A stretch of 64,000 bases of DNA from Bdellovibrionota bacterium (GCA_050950765.1 JBMNIF010000002.1:480001-544000), one strand, 5' to 3'; counted from the stretch's first letter, positions 1 through 10,005 are shown. Notes: generated from the sequence alone by a model not told the origin. A program made the numbers and translations.

Positions 1-1085
1 ACACTCAGTAACATACATAAACTAACATCTTCACAAAAAGTGATCGTAAGTTCACGTAAGGCAAAAAAGATAAAAAAGACACCCACGAATGCTAAAATTG
101 CCAGCACCACGCCATCACTTGGAACAGTTTTACTGAAAAAATAGATCGGATAATACACCGTTAGAAGGGGCGCTATCCCGAAATAAGAGTAATAACGCCC
201 TTTATAATAAGCTAAATCCCAAGGATAACTAACCTGCTTTAATTCTCTTTCACTTTTATCATACGGATTATTCAAACTTTTCAACTTCGGATCAGCGGGG
301 TAGTCCAGATGGAATTGCCCCTTTAAAAAAGCATCAAACTGCTGAACATAATATGAATAATGGGATACCGGATTTTTTAAAGGATACTTTATAAAATCTT
401 CAACACCTTGCGAACGGGTTGCAAAAAACACCCCTACGGAGATTAAGAGACAAAAAAGTAATCCGCTAAGTAAAGTTATATTTGAAGAGATACTATGCGG
501 CTCAAATTTAATATCGCTATATTTTACACAGCAAAAGATAAAACACCCCAAACAGAATAACAGCAAGGTTCTCAGATATGAAAAAGAGAAGCCATCAGAT
601 CCATTCAAAATAATACTTTTTACAACAAGTGGTGAAAAATCTTTATTATTAAACTTAAACCTTAACGCCTTCGCCTTCCCGAAACTCCGCACAACAGCAG
701 TTACTTTATTATACCCTCTCTTACTAGCAGGATTATAACTAAACCTCTTGGCAAAATTGTAGACCTCACTAAAAGCGGCATCTTTTAACTCTATTACACC
801 TGTATTGTATTGCTCTGCTCCTGAAAGAGAGACTTCTACCCTATTTATAGGCAGATCAAGTGCTCTAAACTCTATAACCGACTCTCCGTAGGGAAGTACC
901 ATACTTCCTTCTGCATTAAAGAAAAGTTTTTTTTCAGAGATACCTTGACGCAGATCTAATGAAACAGTTTTAAATGATGGATCATGACTTAAAAAAGAGG
1001 CATTAAAGATAAAAAGCTCCGCAACGACTGCCATCAGAAAGATTGCAGACAGAACTAGCCCTCTTTTTTTTAAAAACGTTATCAT
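1..1085 (-). CDS. Multi-pass membrane protein, possibly GT-C glycosyltransferase-like; runs off the window edge
   Basis: ATG at 1085 opens MITFLKKRGLVLSAIFLMAVVAELFIF...; hydrophobic segments and an aromatic motif WDLAYYKGRYYSYFGIAP. Absent from the ORF track because it is truncated. Confidence 0.6.
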   Translation of the reverse strand, partial: MITFLKKRGLVLSAIFLMAVVAELFIFNASFLSHDPSFKTVSLDLRQGISEKKLFFNAEGSMVLPYGESVIEFRALDLPINRVEVSLSGAEQYNTGVIELKDAAFSEVYNFAKRFSYNPASKRGYNKVTAVVRSFGKAKALRFKFNNKDFSPLVVKSIILNGSDGFSFSYLRTLLLFCLGCFIFCCVKYSDIKFEPHSISSNITLLSGLLFCLLISVGVFFATRSQGVEDFIKYPLKNPVSHYSYYVQQFDAFLKGQFHLDYPADPKLKSLNNPYDKSERELKQVSYPWDLAYYKGRYYSYFGIAPLLTVYYPIYFFSKTVPSDGVVLAILAFVGVFFIFFALRELTITFCEDVSLCMLLS

Positions 1086-1132
1086 TTTTGCACTATAAAA
1101 AAAGAAGTGTTTTCTGCAAAGAGAGAATCGGC

Positions 1133-3118
1133 TTATTGAATCTTTGAGGTTGATTTGGGCTTTTCAGATCTATTAGTTTTTTTAGGCTTATTAGACTCAT
1201 CATCTTCAGTCTTTAAAAGTCTCATCGCTAATTCAGGTTTAATATTCGCCTGTTTTAGAACTGCACCTCCTACCTCTTGTAAGATTTGCAGCCTAATCAT
1301 ATTAGCAGATTCCTCTGCAATATCAGCATCCATAATTGTACTGTGAGCAGAATTGATATTTTCTCTGGTAGTGACCAAGACATTATTAGCTGTGTTTAAT
1401 CGACTTTGGAAAGCTCCCAGTTTGCCTCGAATCGCCCCGATAGCATTAAAAGTTACATCCAACATATCTAAAGCGTGCAAAGCTTTATCTACAGTAGTAA
1501 TCTCTAGGCTGATATTATCCATCACAAAAGCAGAAGCTGTTCCGTCTTTTGAGTTAGCTGTTGCGATGTCATCTTTACCGTCACCGTTCATATCACCTAT
1601 GGCGATACCGTTTGGTCCAAGCCCCGCCTTAAAGCTTGTTCCCATCTCAAAGGTTCCATCACCATTTCCTTTAAGGATAGCGACCTCACTATCTACTCCA
1701 GAGGTTGCTGCGATATCTAAAATACCATCGCCATCAAGATCCCCTACGGCGACAGAAGTGATTATATTGCCAGCAGCATAATCCTGCCTATCACTAAAGG
1801 TGCCATCACCATTACCTCTCATAATGGAGACATTATTACCGTTAGCAACAATCATATCCAAATTCCCGTCGCCATCGAGATCCGCCGTAGTTACATCATA
1901 GACAGGTGCTCCCATATTATAATTTGTAGCAGCTCCTAGCGTGCTGGTTCCGTTCGATAGTAAAACAGAAACAGATCCTGTCGTTCTGTTGCCAATGATA
2001 ACATCATCGTAACCGTTAGCGTCGTTGTTAATATTTCCGGTAGCAACAGCAAACGGTCCTCTACCAACAGCCGTTCCTGTACTAGAAGCAGTAAATCCTC
2101 CGGCACCATCTCCCAACTCTACATAAGCATAATACGTTGAGCCACCATTTTTACCGGTGGCAACGATATCTACATTACCATCACCGTTGATATCTCCCGT
2201 AGCCATACCAGTTAAAGTTAAAAGTCCTGGATCAAAAGCATCACCAACAGTAAACGAACCATCACCGTTATTAGTCATTAGATATATCTTATCATCTTGT
2301 TGCGTATTAACTACGATATCAGCCATTCCATCAGAATTAATATCGGCAATAGAGATACCATACGGTCTGGAACATTCTCCCAGTTCATAAACGGCACTCC
2401 TTTCAAAGGTACCGTCACCCCTTCCCATAGCAACTACGGCGGTGCTTGAATAACAGTTTCCATCGATACACTGTGCAGCAGTTCCATAGTCCGTAGTAAT
2501 CATATCCAAGATGCCATCACCATTAAAATCAGCCAAAGCCACCTTGCCGGTAGCACCGTCAGGTTCGATTACTGAATAAGATGATTTTGAAAGCACCCCG
2601 ATATGTCTATTTAAATAAAGCCCTGAAGTAGAATCTCCTAAATCTAAAGTTAGATAGCTATGAGCTGTTTGTATCGTTAAATTATAAAGTCCTTCAGAGA
2701 AGATATTTACTCCGTTGTATTGTGTTGATTCCAAGATCCTTGTCATCTCTTTATCTAGAGCTTGGAATTCATTATTCATCACCTCTCGCTGTTTATCCGT
2801 ATAAGTACCGTTTGCAGCTTGCTCTGCTAACTCTTTTCGTCTAATCGCAATATCAGTTAATGAACTCAAGGCACCATCTGCTATTGAAACAAGTGAGACA
2901 CCATCGTTAATATTGCGAATGCCTTGTGTATAAACGTGTGCATCTTTTCTGAGATCTAAAGATATCGCCAAACCTGCAGCATCATCTGATGCTTTATTAA
3001 TTCTCTGTCCTGAAGAAAGTTTTGTATGAACGTTAGATAGATTAGTAGTGTTGCGAGACAAGTTACGCATTGCCAACAGCGAGGAGATATTTGAGCCTAA
3101 CGAGATGGGAACTGTCAT
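1133..3118 (-). CDS. fliC: Flagellin with central FG-GAP/VCBS repeat domain
   Basis: N-terminal LSSGQRINKASDDAAGLAIS and C-terminal RGKLGAFQSRL...IMDADIAEESANM flagellin motifs, separated by about seven DxNxDG-like repeats. Confidence 0.88.
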   Translation of the reverse strand: MTVPISLGSNISSLLAMRNLSRNTTNLSNVHTKLSSGQRINKASDDAAGLAISLDLRKDAHVYTQGIRNINDGVSLVSIADGALSSLTDIAIRRKELAEQAANGTYTDKQREVMNNEFQALDKEMTRILESTQYNGVNIFSEGLYNLTIQTAHSYLTLDLGDSTSGLYLNRHIGVLSKSSYSVIEPDGATGKVALADFNGDGILDMITTDYGTAAQCIDGNCYSSTAVVAMGRGDGTFERSAVYELGECSRPYGISIADINSDGMADIVVNTQQDDKIYLMTNNGDGSFTVGDAFDPGLLTLTGMATGDINGDGNVDIVATGKNGGSTYYAYVELGDGAGGFTASSTGTAVGRGPFAVATGNINNDANGYDDVIIGNRTTGSVSVLLSNGTSTLGAATNYNMGAPVYDVTTADLDGDGNLDMIVANGNNVSIMRGNGDGTFSDRQDYAAGNIITSVAVGDLDGDGILDIAATSGVDSEVAILKGNGDGTFEMGTSFKAGLGPNGIAIGDMNGDGKDDIATANSKDGTASAFVMDNISLEITTVDKALHALDMLDVTFNAIGAIRGKLGAFQSRLNTANNVLVTTRENINSAHSTIMDADIAEESANMIRLQILQEVGGAVLKQANIKPELAMRLLKTEDDESNKPKKTNRSEKPKSTSKIQ

Positions 3119-3221
3119 AGATCAGCTCTCATGATCATTAAGTACAAACATCTTATGTTGTACTCAGCACTTTTCATTACACACACACACGTGGAAAAAA
3201 GATCCACTTTCCTACTCTGAA

Positions 3222-3248
3222 ATGTCGACCAATTACTTGAAAAACTTA
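3222..3248 (-). promoter_or_regulatory. Putative sigma28 (FliA) promoter of the flagellin
   Basis: Minus strand TAAG-N15-GTCGACAT resembles TAAA-N15-GCCGATAA, ~100 bp upstream of the start. Confidence 0.45.
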
Positions 3249-3450
3249 ATCTTTTTTGAAATTGAGGATCTTTTTTAAAACAAATTTTTATTATTAAAAA
3301 TCAGTAGGTTAGTGCTAAACCCTTGTTTATAATAGGATAAAATATAAACGACGTTTGTTTTTCTTGACTCTTGCCCTTTTTCCCCTCTTAACTCATTGAT
3401 TTTAAAAAAGGTTGTTTATTCTTTGGGGCACTTATATCTATACTTAGGGT

Positions 3451-3984
3451 ATGAAAACTACTCAAAAAGATCAGGCAACTAACGCTACCACACCCACTCC
3501 TTCCCCATACAGTAAGTTAGCTACCTTTTTACTCTGTTTATTTGTTGGATTTTTTGGAGCACACAGAATCTATGTGCGGCGTTACATCACAGCGCTTTTA
3601 ATGATGCTCACCGTCGGATACTGTTTTATCGGTGTCTTCATTGACCTCTGGAACATCCGTCGTAACCGCTTTAAAGATTGGAAGAAGCGACCTGTGGTTA
3701 ATCTTCGTACAAAAAAAGATACACTAGCCATGCTCTTCGCTCTGGTATCACCTTTTTTTACAATAAAAGTCCTCCCCTCCATCATAAGACTCCTTATCTT
3801 ATCTTTTATCTATTTAGCTGAATGGTCAGGGCTAGCAGGACCTGAAGATCTATCCTCTTTGCGACAACTAGCATCAGGAAGTAGCGCTATTCAAACTAAT
3901 ATTCCGGCACCGCAGATCCCAGCACCGGATCTTTCAACAGACAAAGCACCACAAGAAGAGAACAACGCAGAAAAGAAAGACTAG
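3451..3984 (+). CDS. TM2-domain membrane protein
   Basis: LLCLFVGFFGAHRIYV TM2-type motif and several hydrophobic helices. Confidence 0.75.
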   Translation: MKTTQKDQATNATTPTPSPYSKLATFLLCLFVGFFGAHRIYVRRYITALLMMLTVGYCFIGVFIDLWNIRRNRFKDWKKRPVVNLRTKKDTLAMLFALVSPFFTIKVLPSIIRLLILSFIYLAEWSGLAGPEDLSSLRQLASGSSAIQTNIPAPQIPAPDLSTDKAPQEENNAEKKD

Positions 3985-4016
3985 TCCCCTCCTTAAAGCG
4001 TTGTTCCAAATGTTAA

Positions 4017-5129
4017 TTAAAATTCAAGTGAAAGTTGCGCTGTAACTTGATCAACTTCCTGCACATCACTTTCAAAATCACTGTGCAGATACTCAATGGC
4101 TAGGTTTGTGTTCTCAAAGAAACCCCAATTAATTACAGCGCCGTATTCCCTCTCCGAGAGCAGATCGCCACCATCATCCGATCCACCATAACGCGCCGCT
4201 AACTCCAACGTATCGGTAAGCGCAACACCGAACTCCACGTTCCAAGCAGACGGCTTTCTCCCTCGAGTATCGGTCTCAGCATAAATCTCACCTACTTGAA
4301 AGTTATCCAACGCAGCTACGTATTCGCCTATCAATTTAAAACGATCTAAAAATTCATACGTGCCGTAGATGCCCCAGCCATCTACAAGTGAATCTAAATT
4401 ATCTGAATCAACTACGACCTCATTAAAGCCATCGGAACCAGCCAGATTTGATATGTATGATGCACCTAACGCCAAACCTTCGAACGGCTTTACACCCAAA
4501 GCAGCAACAAAGCTATCTATGGTATCATCATCACCAGCTTCTTGGGCTCTACCGTTAAAGGCACCCACTGAGATATCAAGCACCTCATCTTCAAGGCGAT
4601 AACCTGCTACGACCGCCCCTTCATTCGTCTCTCCCAACGTCAATGTAGTGGGGTCTGCAATAAAATGGCTCTCAAACTTTCCAAAAGGAAGATACTGTCG
4701 TCCAGCAATCAGATAGAGTGGAAAGGCTTCGCTACCCGTCAACGTGACAAAGCCTTCATCCACAAAAACATCATCATCACTATATTTAAAGAGAACATGC
4801 CCATCAAGGTGATGGACGATCTTAGCATCCAGCCCCAACTCAACGGTCGTTAAATCGATATCACCTGTTTTATCATCTTCCAAAGTAGGATCATCAAAGT
4901 CAGTTTCTCCATATCCAGCTTCAACCTCAACCAATCCACTAACCTCGATACGGTCATACCACTTCTCCCCTTCTACCTGCTGCCCTACACTCTCCTCTAA
5001 CCTCTTCAAGCGTTCTTCAATACCCTTTGCGCTATCAGAGGATTGATCCGAAAGAGATTCCTCAGCCATAGCGTAAGGGAGTATCCCCACAGATAACGAT
5101 ACTACTAAAAACAGAAACAATCTTTTCAT
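4017..5129 (-). CDS. Outer-membrane beta-barrel porin, LbtU-like, linked to the feo operon
   Basis: Signal peptide, short coiled coil, SGLVEVEA and AGRQYLPFG motifs, C-terminal LSLEF barrel signal. Confidence 0.7.
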   Translation of the reverse strand: MKRLFLFLVVSLSVGILPYAMAEESLSDQSSDSAKGIEERLKRLEESVGQQVEGEKWYDRIEVSGLVEVEAGYGETDFDDPTLEDDKTGDIDLTTVELGLDAKIVHHLDGHVLFKYSDDDVFVDEGFVTLTGSEAFPLYLIAGRQYLPFGKFESHFIADPTTLTLGETNEGAVVAGYRLEDEVLDISVGAFNGRAQEAGDDDTIDSFVAALGVKPFEGLALGASYISNLAGSDGFNEVVVDSDNLDSLVDGWGIYGTYEFLDRFKLIGEYVAALDNFQVGEIYAETDTRGRKPSAWNVEFGVALTDTLELAARYGGSDDGGDLLSEREYGAVINWGFFENTNLAIEYLHSDFESDVQEVDQVTAQLSLEF

Positions 5130-5345
5130 ACCTTACTCTCCTTTATCTTTTTATCAGCCATACGTTTTTATGTAAGTGATAAATGCTACACCTCGCTTTT
5201 TAAGCCTTAGTATTTAAGTAAAAACGTGGTAAGCATTATTTACCAAAAGCTCAAACACGCCTGCTCTCTTACTTTTTTCTCTTCTTTATTAACTAGAGCA
5301 GACATCTTCATTAGTTGAATCTTGACCAAGAGATACCGACCCACC

Positions 5346-5579
5346 TCAACACTTCCATTCATACATTTCTATAACTACTTCATCACAACACCCACAACAC
5401 TTGCAGCACGTCTTGCTACAACCTGTCTGAATATCTGTTTTGATCACCCTACCTTTTCGAATCCATTGCCCCAGCATCCCCCTCATAGCCTCCGGTGCAG
5501 TGTCGAAATGGCAGGCGAGATCATCAAGTGTAGCGCGCTTGTGTTGCATTAAGTATTTTTTAATTTCAGACAATATCAC
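5346..5579 (-). CDS. feoC: FeoC-like winged-helix protein
   Basis: MILSEIKKYL...LGQWIRKGRV plus Cys-rich CSKTCCKCCGC, directly downstream of feoB. Confidence 0.85.
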   Translation of the reverse strand: MILSEIKKYLMQHKRATLDDLACHFDTAPEAMRGMLGQWIRKGRVIKTDIQTGCSKTCCKCCGCCDEVVIEMYEWKC

Positions 5580-5661
5580 GTCTTACTCCTTTTTATTTTT
5601 AACACCTCTCTTGATCTGCAGTGTGTCATGAGGTGCATTTTGTGTATAAACAACACCTCCT

Positions 5662-8004
5662 TCACGCCTTCGCACCATTCGACAGATCTGCCACAACGCA
5701 ACTTTTTTCAGCACCACCCATCTTTCGCATAATCATTAAAACGCCAAGAAAAGCACCACAAATCACCGCAATCCAGACAAGAGATGATACAGGGTGACGA
5801 GTAATGGTAGCTGTCTGATAAAAGAGAACAGCAGCCATATACGCCAAGCCCGTTGTCCAAAGACCGCTAAAGATGGTCCACTTCAAATTAGTTTCTCGAT
5901 ATACAGCAGCGATGGCGGCTACACACGGAAAGTACAACAGAATAAAGAGAAGGTATGCGAATGCTCCGACCTTGCCATCAAATAAAGTTACCATAGCTCC
6001 AAAGGTACCAAGTGCCACCTCCTGTTCTTCAGCAGCGCTCTCCACTGTACTCACATCTCCAATAGAGATCCCCAACGGATCGAGTAGTGTATCAACTACG
6101 CCCTTTAAGTTTTCCGGTATAGTGGCGAAAGATTCATAGATACTGCCCCAGAAATCGAACTTTTCATCTTCACCATCTCCAGCATCAACTTCACTTGCCG
6201 CAACTTCACTGATCTGGGTGTACATAGCATCCAAAGTCCCCACCACCGCTTCCTTAGCGAAGATACCGGTGAAGATACCAACAGTGGCTGGCCAGTTATC
6301 TTGAGTAAGTCCCATAGGAGCGAATACCGGTGTGATTGAGCGTCCAATAGCACTTAAAACTGATCTATCACTATCCTCATTACCGTAGGAGCCATCGGTT
6401 CCTACGGAATTTAAAAAACTCAACACCATCACTACTGGAACGATGACTTTACCGGCTCGAAATATAAAGGTCTTAAGACGATCCCACGCACGTAAAAGCA
6501 CCCCCTTAACCGTCGGCATATGATAAGGCGGAAGCTCCATAATGAATGGAGTAATCTCCCCTTTGAGCAACGTATTTTTCAACACTAAGCCCGTAAGCAC
6601 TGCAAAACCTATTCCCAACAGGTACAATCCAAAAACTAAATTCTGTCCTCCCGTCGGAAAAAATGCAGCTGCGAACAGAGCATAAACCGGCAAACGCGCG
6701 CCGCAGGACATGAACGGGTTCATCATAATAGTCAAGATACGATCACGTTGATTCTCCAAAGTGCGCGTAGCCATGATCGCTGGAACATTACACCCAAATC
6801 CCACTAACATTGGAACAAAGGCTTTACCGGGCAACCCGATCATCCGCATGAAGCGATCCATCACAAAGGCAGCTCGAGCCATATAACCGGAGTCTTCCAG
6901 AAAACAGAGACACAGAAACATAAAACCGATCGGTGGAATAAAGGTGGCTATGGTCTGAATGCCGCCACCGATACCTCCTGCCACGATCGTCGTAAACCAC
7001 TGAGGAGCTCCCAGTGTAGTTAAGACTTCACCGAATCCGTCTACAAAGATGGTACCACTAAAGATATCGAAGAAATCAATAAACGCACCACCGATATTGA
7101 TCGTCACCATGAACATCAGGTACATAGCTACAAAAAAAATTGGGATCCCCAACACGCGATTAAGAACTACGGTATCGATCTTATCCGACAAGGTCTTCTC
7201 CACACGGTTGCTTTTTTTAACCGCCTCCCAAGTCAAGGAGTTAATCAAAGCGTAACGGCTATCGGCTAGTAAAATATCAACCTCTTCTTCAAGCTCAGCC
7301 TCTATTTTTTTCTTATGCTCATCACACTTTTTCAACGCCTCCTTACTTACTAAGTTAGCGATATGATCATCACCCTCCAACACTTTGACTGCCATATAGT
7401 GTGCACTCACCTTCCTGCATGCAGCCACATCTTTTACTAGAGGAACTAAGTCGTCCAACGCCACCTGTATCTCTTCAGGATATGTAACACGAACCTCTGA
7501 AATAGAGCTTGTCTGTACACAACGATTGATCTCATCTTTAAGATCATTGATACCTTTTTCTTGAGAAGCTATTAAAGGGATCACTGGACACCCTAGACGG
7601 TGGCTAAGTAACGGAATATTGATCTCTATCTGTCGTTCCTTAACCATATCCATCATATTCAACGCCACCACTAGCGGAACCTGCATCTCTAGAAGTTGAA
7701 TAGTCAGATATAAATTGCGCTCAATATTGGATCCATCGATGATATTGACGATCAGATCTGCCTCACCTGAAAGGATATAATCCCTCGCCACCTCTTCATC
7801 CAATGAAGCAGCGGAAAGCGAATAGATGCCTGGTAGATCTACTACTTCAATTTTTTTATCCCCATGAGAATACTCACCTGACTTTCGATCCACTGTCACA
7901 CCGGGCCAATTACCCACACGTTGTTTAGTACCAGTTAAAGCGTTAAAAAGTGTCGTCTTGCCGCAGTTAGGGTTACCAACAACTCCGATCACATAGTCAC
8001 TCAT
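5662..8004 (-). CDS. feoB: Ferrous iron transporter FeoB
   Basis: GNPNCGKT, VGNWPGVTV, DLPG and NMMD G-motifs; GFGCNVPA and MSCGARLPVY gate motifs. Confidence 0.97.
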   Translation of the reverse strand: MSDYVIGVVGNPNCGKTTLFNALTGTKQRVGNWPGVTVDRKSGEYSHGDKKIEVVDLPGIYSLSAASLDEEVARDYILSGEADLIVNIIDGSNIERNLYLTIQLLEMQVPLVVALNMMDMVKERQIEINIPLLSHRLGCPVIPLIASQEKGINDLKDEINRCVQTSSISEVRVTYPEEIQVALDDLVPLVKDVAACRKVSAHYMAVKVLEGDDHIANLVSKEALKKCDEHKKKIEAELEEEVDILLADSRYALINSLTWEAVKKSNRVEKTLSDKIDTVVLNRVLGIPIFFVAMYLMFMVTINIGGAFIDFFDIFSGTIFVDGFGEVLTTLGAPQWFTTIVAGGIGGGIQTIATFIPPIGFMFLCLCFLEDSGYMARAAFVMDRFMRMIGLPGKAFVPMLVGFGCNVPAIMATRTLENQRDRILTIMMNPFMSCGARLPVYALFAAAFFPTGGQNLVFGLYLLGIGFAVLTGLVLKNTLLKGEITPFIMELPPYHMPTVKGVLLRAWDRLKTFIFRAGKVIVPVVMVLSFLNSVGTDGSYGNEDSDRSVLSAIGRSITPVFAPMGLTQDNWPATVGIFTGIFAKEAVVGTLDAMYTQISEVAASEVDAGDGEDEKFDFWGSIYESFATIPENLKGVVDTLLDPLGISIGDVSTVESAAEEQEVALGTFGAMVTLFDGKVGAFAYLLFILLYFPCVAAIAAVYRETNLKWTIFSGLWTTGLAYMAAVLFYQTATITRHPVSSLVWIAVICGAFLGVLMIMRKMGGAEKSCVVADLSNGAKA

Positions 8005-8243
8005 CTTTTGCCCTCCCTTTCAACCAGTAACGCAGAGGCTTCGTCCATTCTAAGAGAGAGGGCAAAACCACGTACTTTAATCTCAACAGGATCTCCCATA
8101 GGAGCGATCCGTTCCACAGTGAAGGGGGTACCTTTAGTCAACCCCATAGCTAATAATTTTTCTCGATAGGCAGAGCTCCCTTTGACGTAACCGACCACTG
8201 TGCCGGATTCACCAACCGCCATATCATGCAACCTTGCATTCAT
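8001..8243 (-). CDS. feoA: FeoA
   Basis: KLLAMGLTKG...APMGDPVEIKVRGFALSLR; overlaps the feoB start by 4 nt. Confidence 0.93.
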   Translation of the reverse strand: MNARLHDMAVGESGTVVGYVKGSSAYREKLLAMGLTKGTPFTVERIAPMGDPVEIKVRGFALSLRMDEASALLVEREGKR

Positions 8244-8581
8244 ATATCCTCTCCTTCAATAACAGCTACCTGAATTTTGTGAGCCATACCACCGCCCAGA
8301 TAGAACCGTGCACCTTGATGAGCAAGCAATAATTTATCGTTCATTAAATTTTGTAGAACCTGCACTTCGGCACCAACACGCAAACCCAACCCAGCCAGAC
8401 GTTCATGAAACCCCTTTCCACCGTTAACCGAAACGATCCTGACCCATTCACCCTCTTGCGCTAAACGCAATGAGAAACTCTCTGTATCGTGCGCTTCCTT
8501 CTTCACCATTGCGACCGCTTCATCTCGTCTTTTCTGGCACCGTAATCTGCACTGCCAATCCTTTGAGACACTATTTTCCAC
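8240..8581 (-). CDS. feoA: Second FeoA-family protein
   Basis: RLAGLGLRVGAEVQV...LGGGMAHKIQV. Confidence 0.85.
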   Translation of the reverse strand: MENSVSKDWQCRLRCQKRRDEAVAMVKKEAHDTESFSLRLAQEGEWVRIVSVNGGKGFHERLAGLGLRVGAEVQVLQNLMNDKLLLAHQGARFYLGGGMAHKIQVAVIEGEDI

Positions 8582-8624
8582 TGCGCCACCGTACTAAATA
8601 ACCACAAATGTAAGACTAGTCTTA

Positions 8625-8688
8625 ATAAGATAGATATCTCTAACTTATGAAGCATTGCCTATTTATCTGTCTAATATCTATTTGTCAA
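8625..8688 (-). promoter_or_regulatory. feo operon promoter with putative DtxR-family operator
   Basis: Minus-strand TTGACA at 8688-8683, then 17 nt, then TAAATA; imperfect 24 bp palindrome ATAAGATAGATATCTCTAACTTAT at 8625-8648. Confidence 0.55.
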
Positions 8689-8947
8689 GCTTTTTTTAAG
8701 TTATGAATTTTACTAACTTATTTCTTTTGTTGTATAAAGGTAGCGCCCCCTGTCTAGTATCACCTTCAGATTGAACTTACCTTTCCTTCTAAGGTTGAAG
8801 GGATCACTCGATACCACACTGAAGAGCGAGGTGTGACACCTCGCAAAAAAATTGATCTCAAATTTACGATCGTTAACCTAAAGAGGTCGTCGCCTCCTGC
8901 CCTAACTCTTAAGTGTACAAAAAACTCCTAACTAAACACCTCTTAAG

Positions 8948-9415
8948 TTAATCTTCTTCAAGTAGGTATTCCTTAAAATGCTTCAACCAGTTCTTCCCGA
9001 CACGAGGAGAGGTTTGTACAAATCCCATAAAAGCACTCAGACGATCTAGAGTGTCTGAACTGAGGGTGTGTTCCATTTTGCAAGCTTCAAGATCTGCGAT
9101 CTCAAATTCAATTCCTAAAATTTCCGTCAGAAACTTCAAAAAAACCCCGTGCCGTCGTCGCACCTCCTTTCCGATATCTTCTCCGTCTTTAGTTAGTTCA
9201 ACATATCCGTATCTTTCATACTTCACCAACCCCCTATCATTCAACGTTTTAAGCATACTAGACACGGTCGGCATCTTGACACCCATACGCTTAGCGACAT
9301 CTTTAACTCGAACAAATTTCTTTTCTTGGTTTAAGTCAAAAATGGCTTCCAGATAATCTTCCATAACGGAAGTTAAAGACTTCTCCGCCATACTACCTTT
9401 CTGTGGAGGTGTCAT
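8948..9415 (-). CDS. DtxR/MntR-family metal-dependent repressor
   Basis: MEDYLEAI, HTH DVAKRMGVKMPTVSSMLKTL, EACKMEH metal-binding motif. Confidence 0.93.
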   Translation of the reverse strand: MTPPQKGSMAEKSLTSVMEDYLEAIFDLNQEKKFVRVKDVAKRMGVKMPTVSSMLKTLNDRGLVKYERYGYVELTKDGEDIGKEVRRRHGVFLKFLTEILGIEFEIADLEACKMEHTLSSDTLDRLSAFMGFVQTSPRVGKNWLKHFKEYLLEED

Positions 9416-9447
9416 AATTCAATCCTTTAAGTTAGTTAATGCAAAAT

Positions 9448-9487
9448 ATATTAGAAATTTCTAATATCAGGAATAATCATCTGTCAA
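9448..9487 (-). promoter_or_regulatory. Regulator promoter with a perfect 20 bp palindromic operator
   Basis: ATATTAGAAATTTCTAATAT (9448-9467) overlaps the expected -10 of a minus-strand TTGACA at 9487-9482. Confidence 0.6.
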
Positions 9488-9602
9488 GCTTTTTAAGAAA
9501 AGTGAAGCTCTTCAAGATAAAAGCGATCTCAACAATTACAGTGGAAATGAATTGATAATGATGAAAAACAGAATAGAATAAAAGAATATAACGCAAAAAA
9601 AA

Positions 9603-9678
<76 letters not shown>

Positions 9679-9730
9679 AAACCAATTCGGAGATTGTACT
9701 TATTAAAATATAGAGAAGTCAAGAGATTGA

Positions 9731-9981
9731 ACTTTTTTCATCACAAATTTTCAGCATTTTCTAGTTTTCAAGCGCCACTTTTTTCATCACAAATTTTTAG
9801 CAATATTTATTCTTGAAGTGCCACTTTTTCATCACAAATTTTTAGCATTTTCTAGTTTTTAAGCGCCGTTTTTTTCTTCACAAATTTTCAGCAATATTTA
9901 TTCTTAAAGTGCCGCTTTCTTCTTCACAAATTTTCAGCAATATCTATTCTTAAAATGCCGCTTCCTTCACCATAAATTTTT
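9731..9981. repeat. Degenerate tandem repeat, ~45-46 bp x ~5.5
   Basis: Repeated TTTTTCATCACAAATTTT(C/T)AGCA...AAG(C/T)GCC units. Confidence 0.85.
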
Positions 9982-10005
9982 AAACGCCGATACACCAGAA
10001 AGGGC

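Noticed and set aside
1155..2390. Antisense ORFs inside the flagellin, and similar short ORFs opposite feoB, dnaX, accC, pilQ, uvrA and recJ
   Set aside because: Shadow frames of well-supported genes with no motifs of their own.
3179..3190. (AC)n tract upstream of the flagellin as a phase-variation switch
   Set aside because: Only about six units, lying outside the predicted promoter spacer and the coding region.
3985..4016. attR copy of the tRNA-Asn 3' end bounding the feo block
   Set aside because: No repeat of the tRNA end was found and there is no integrase.
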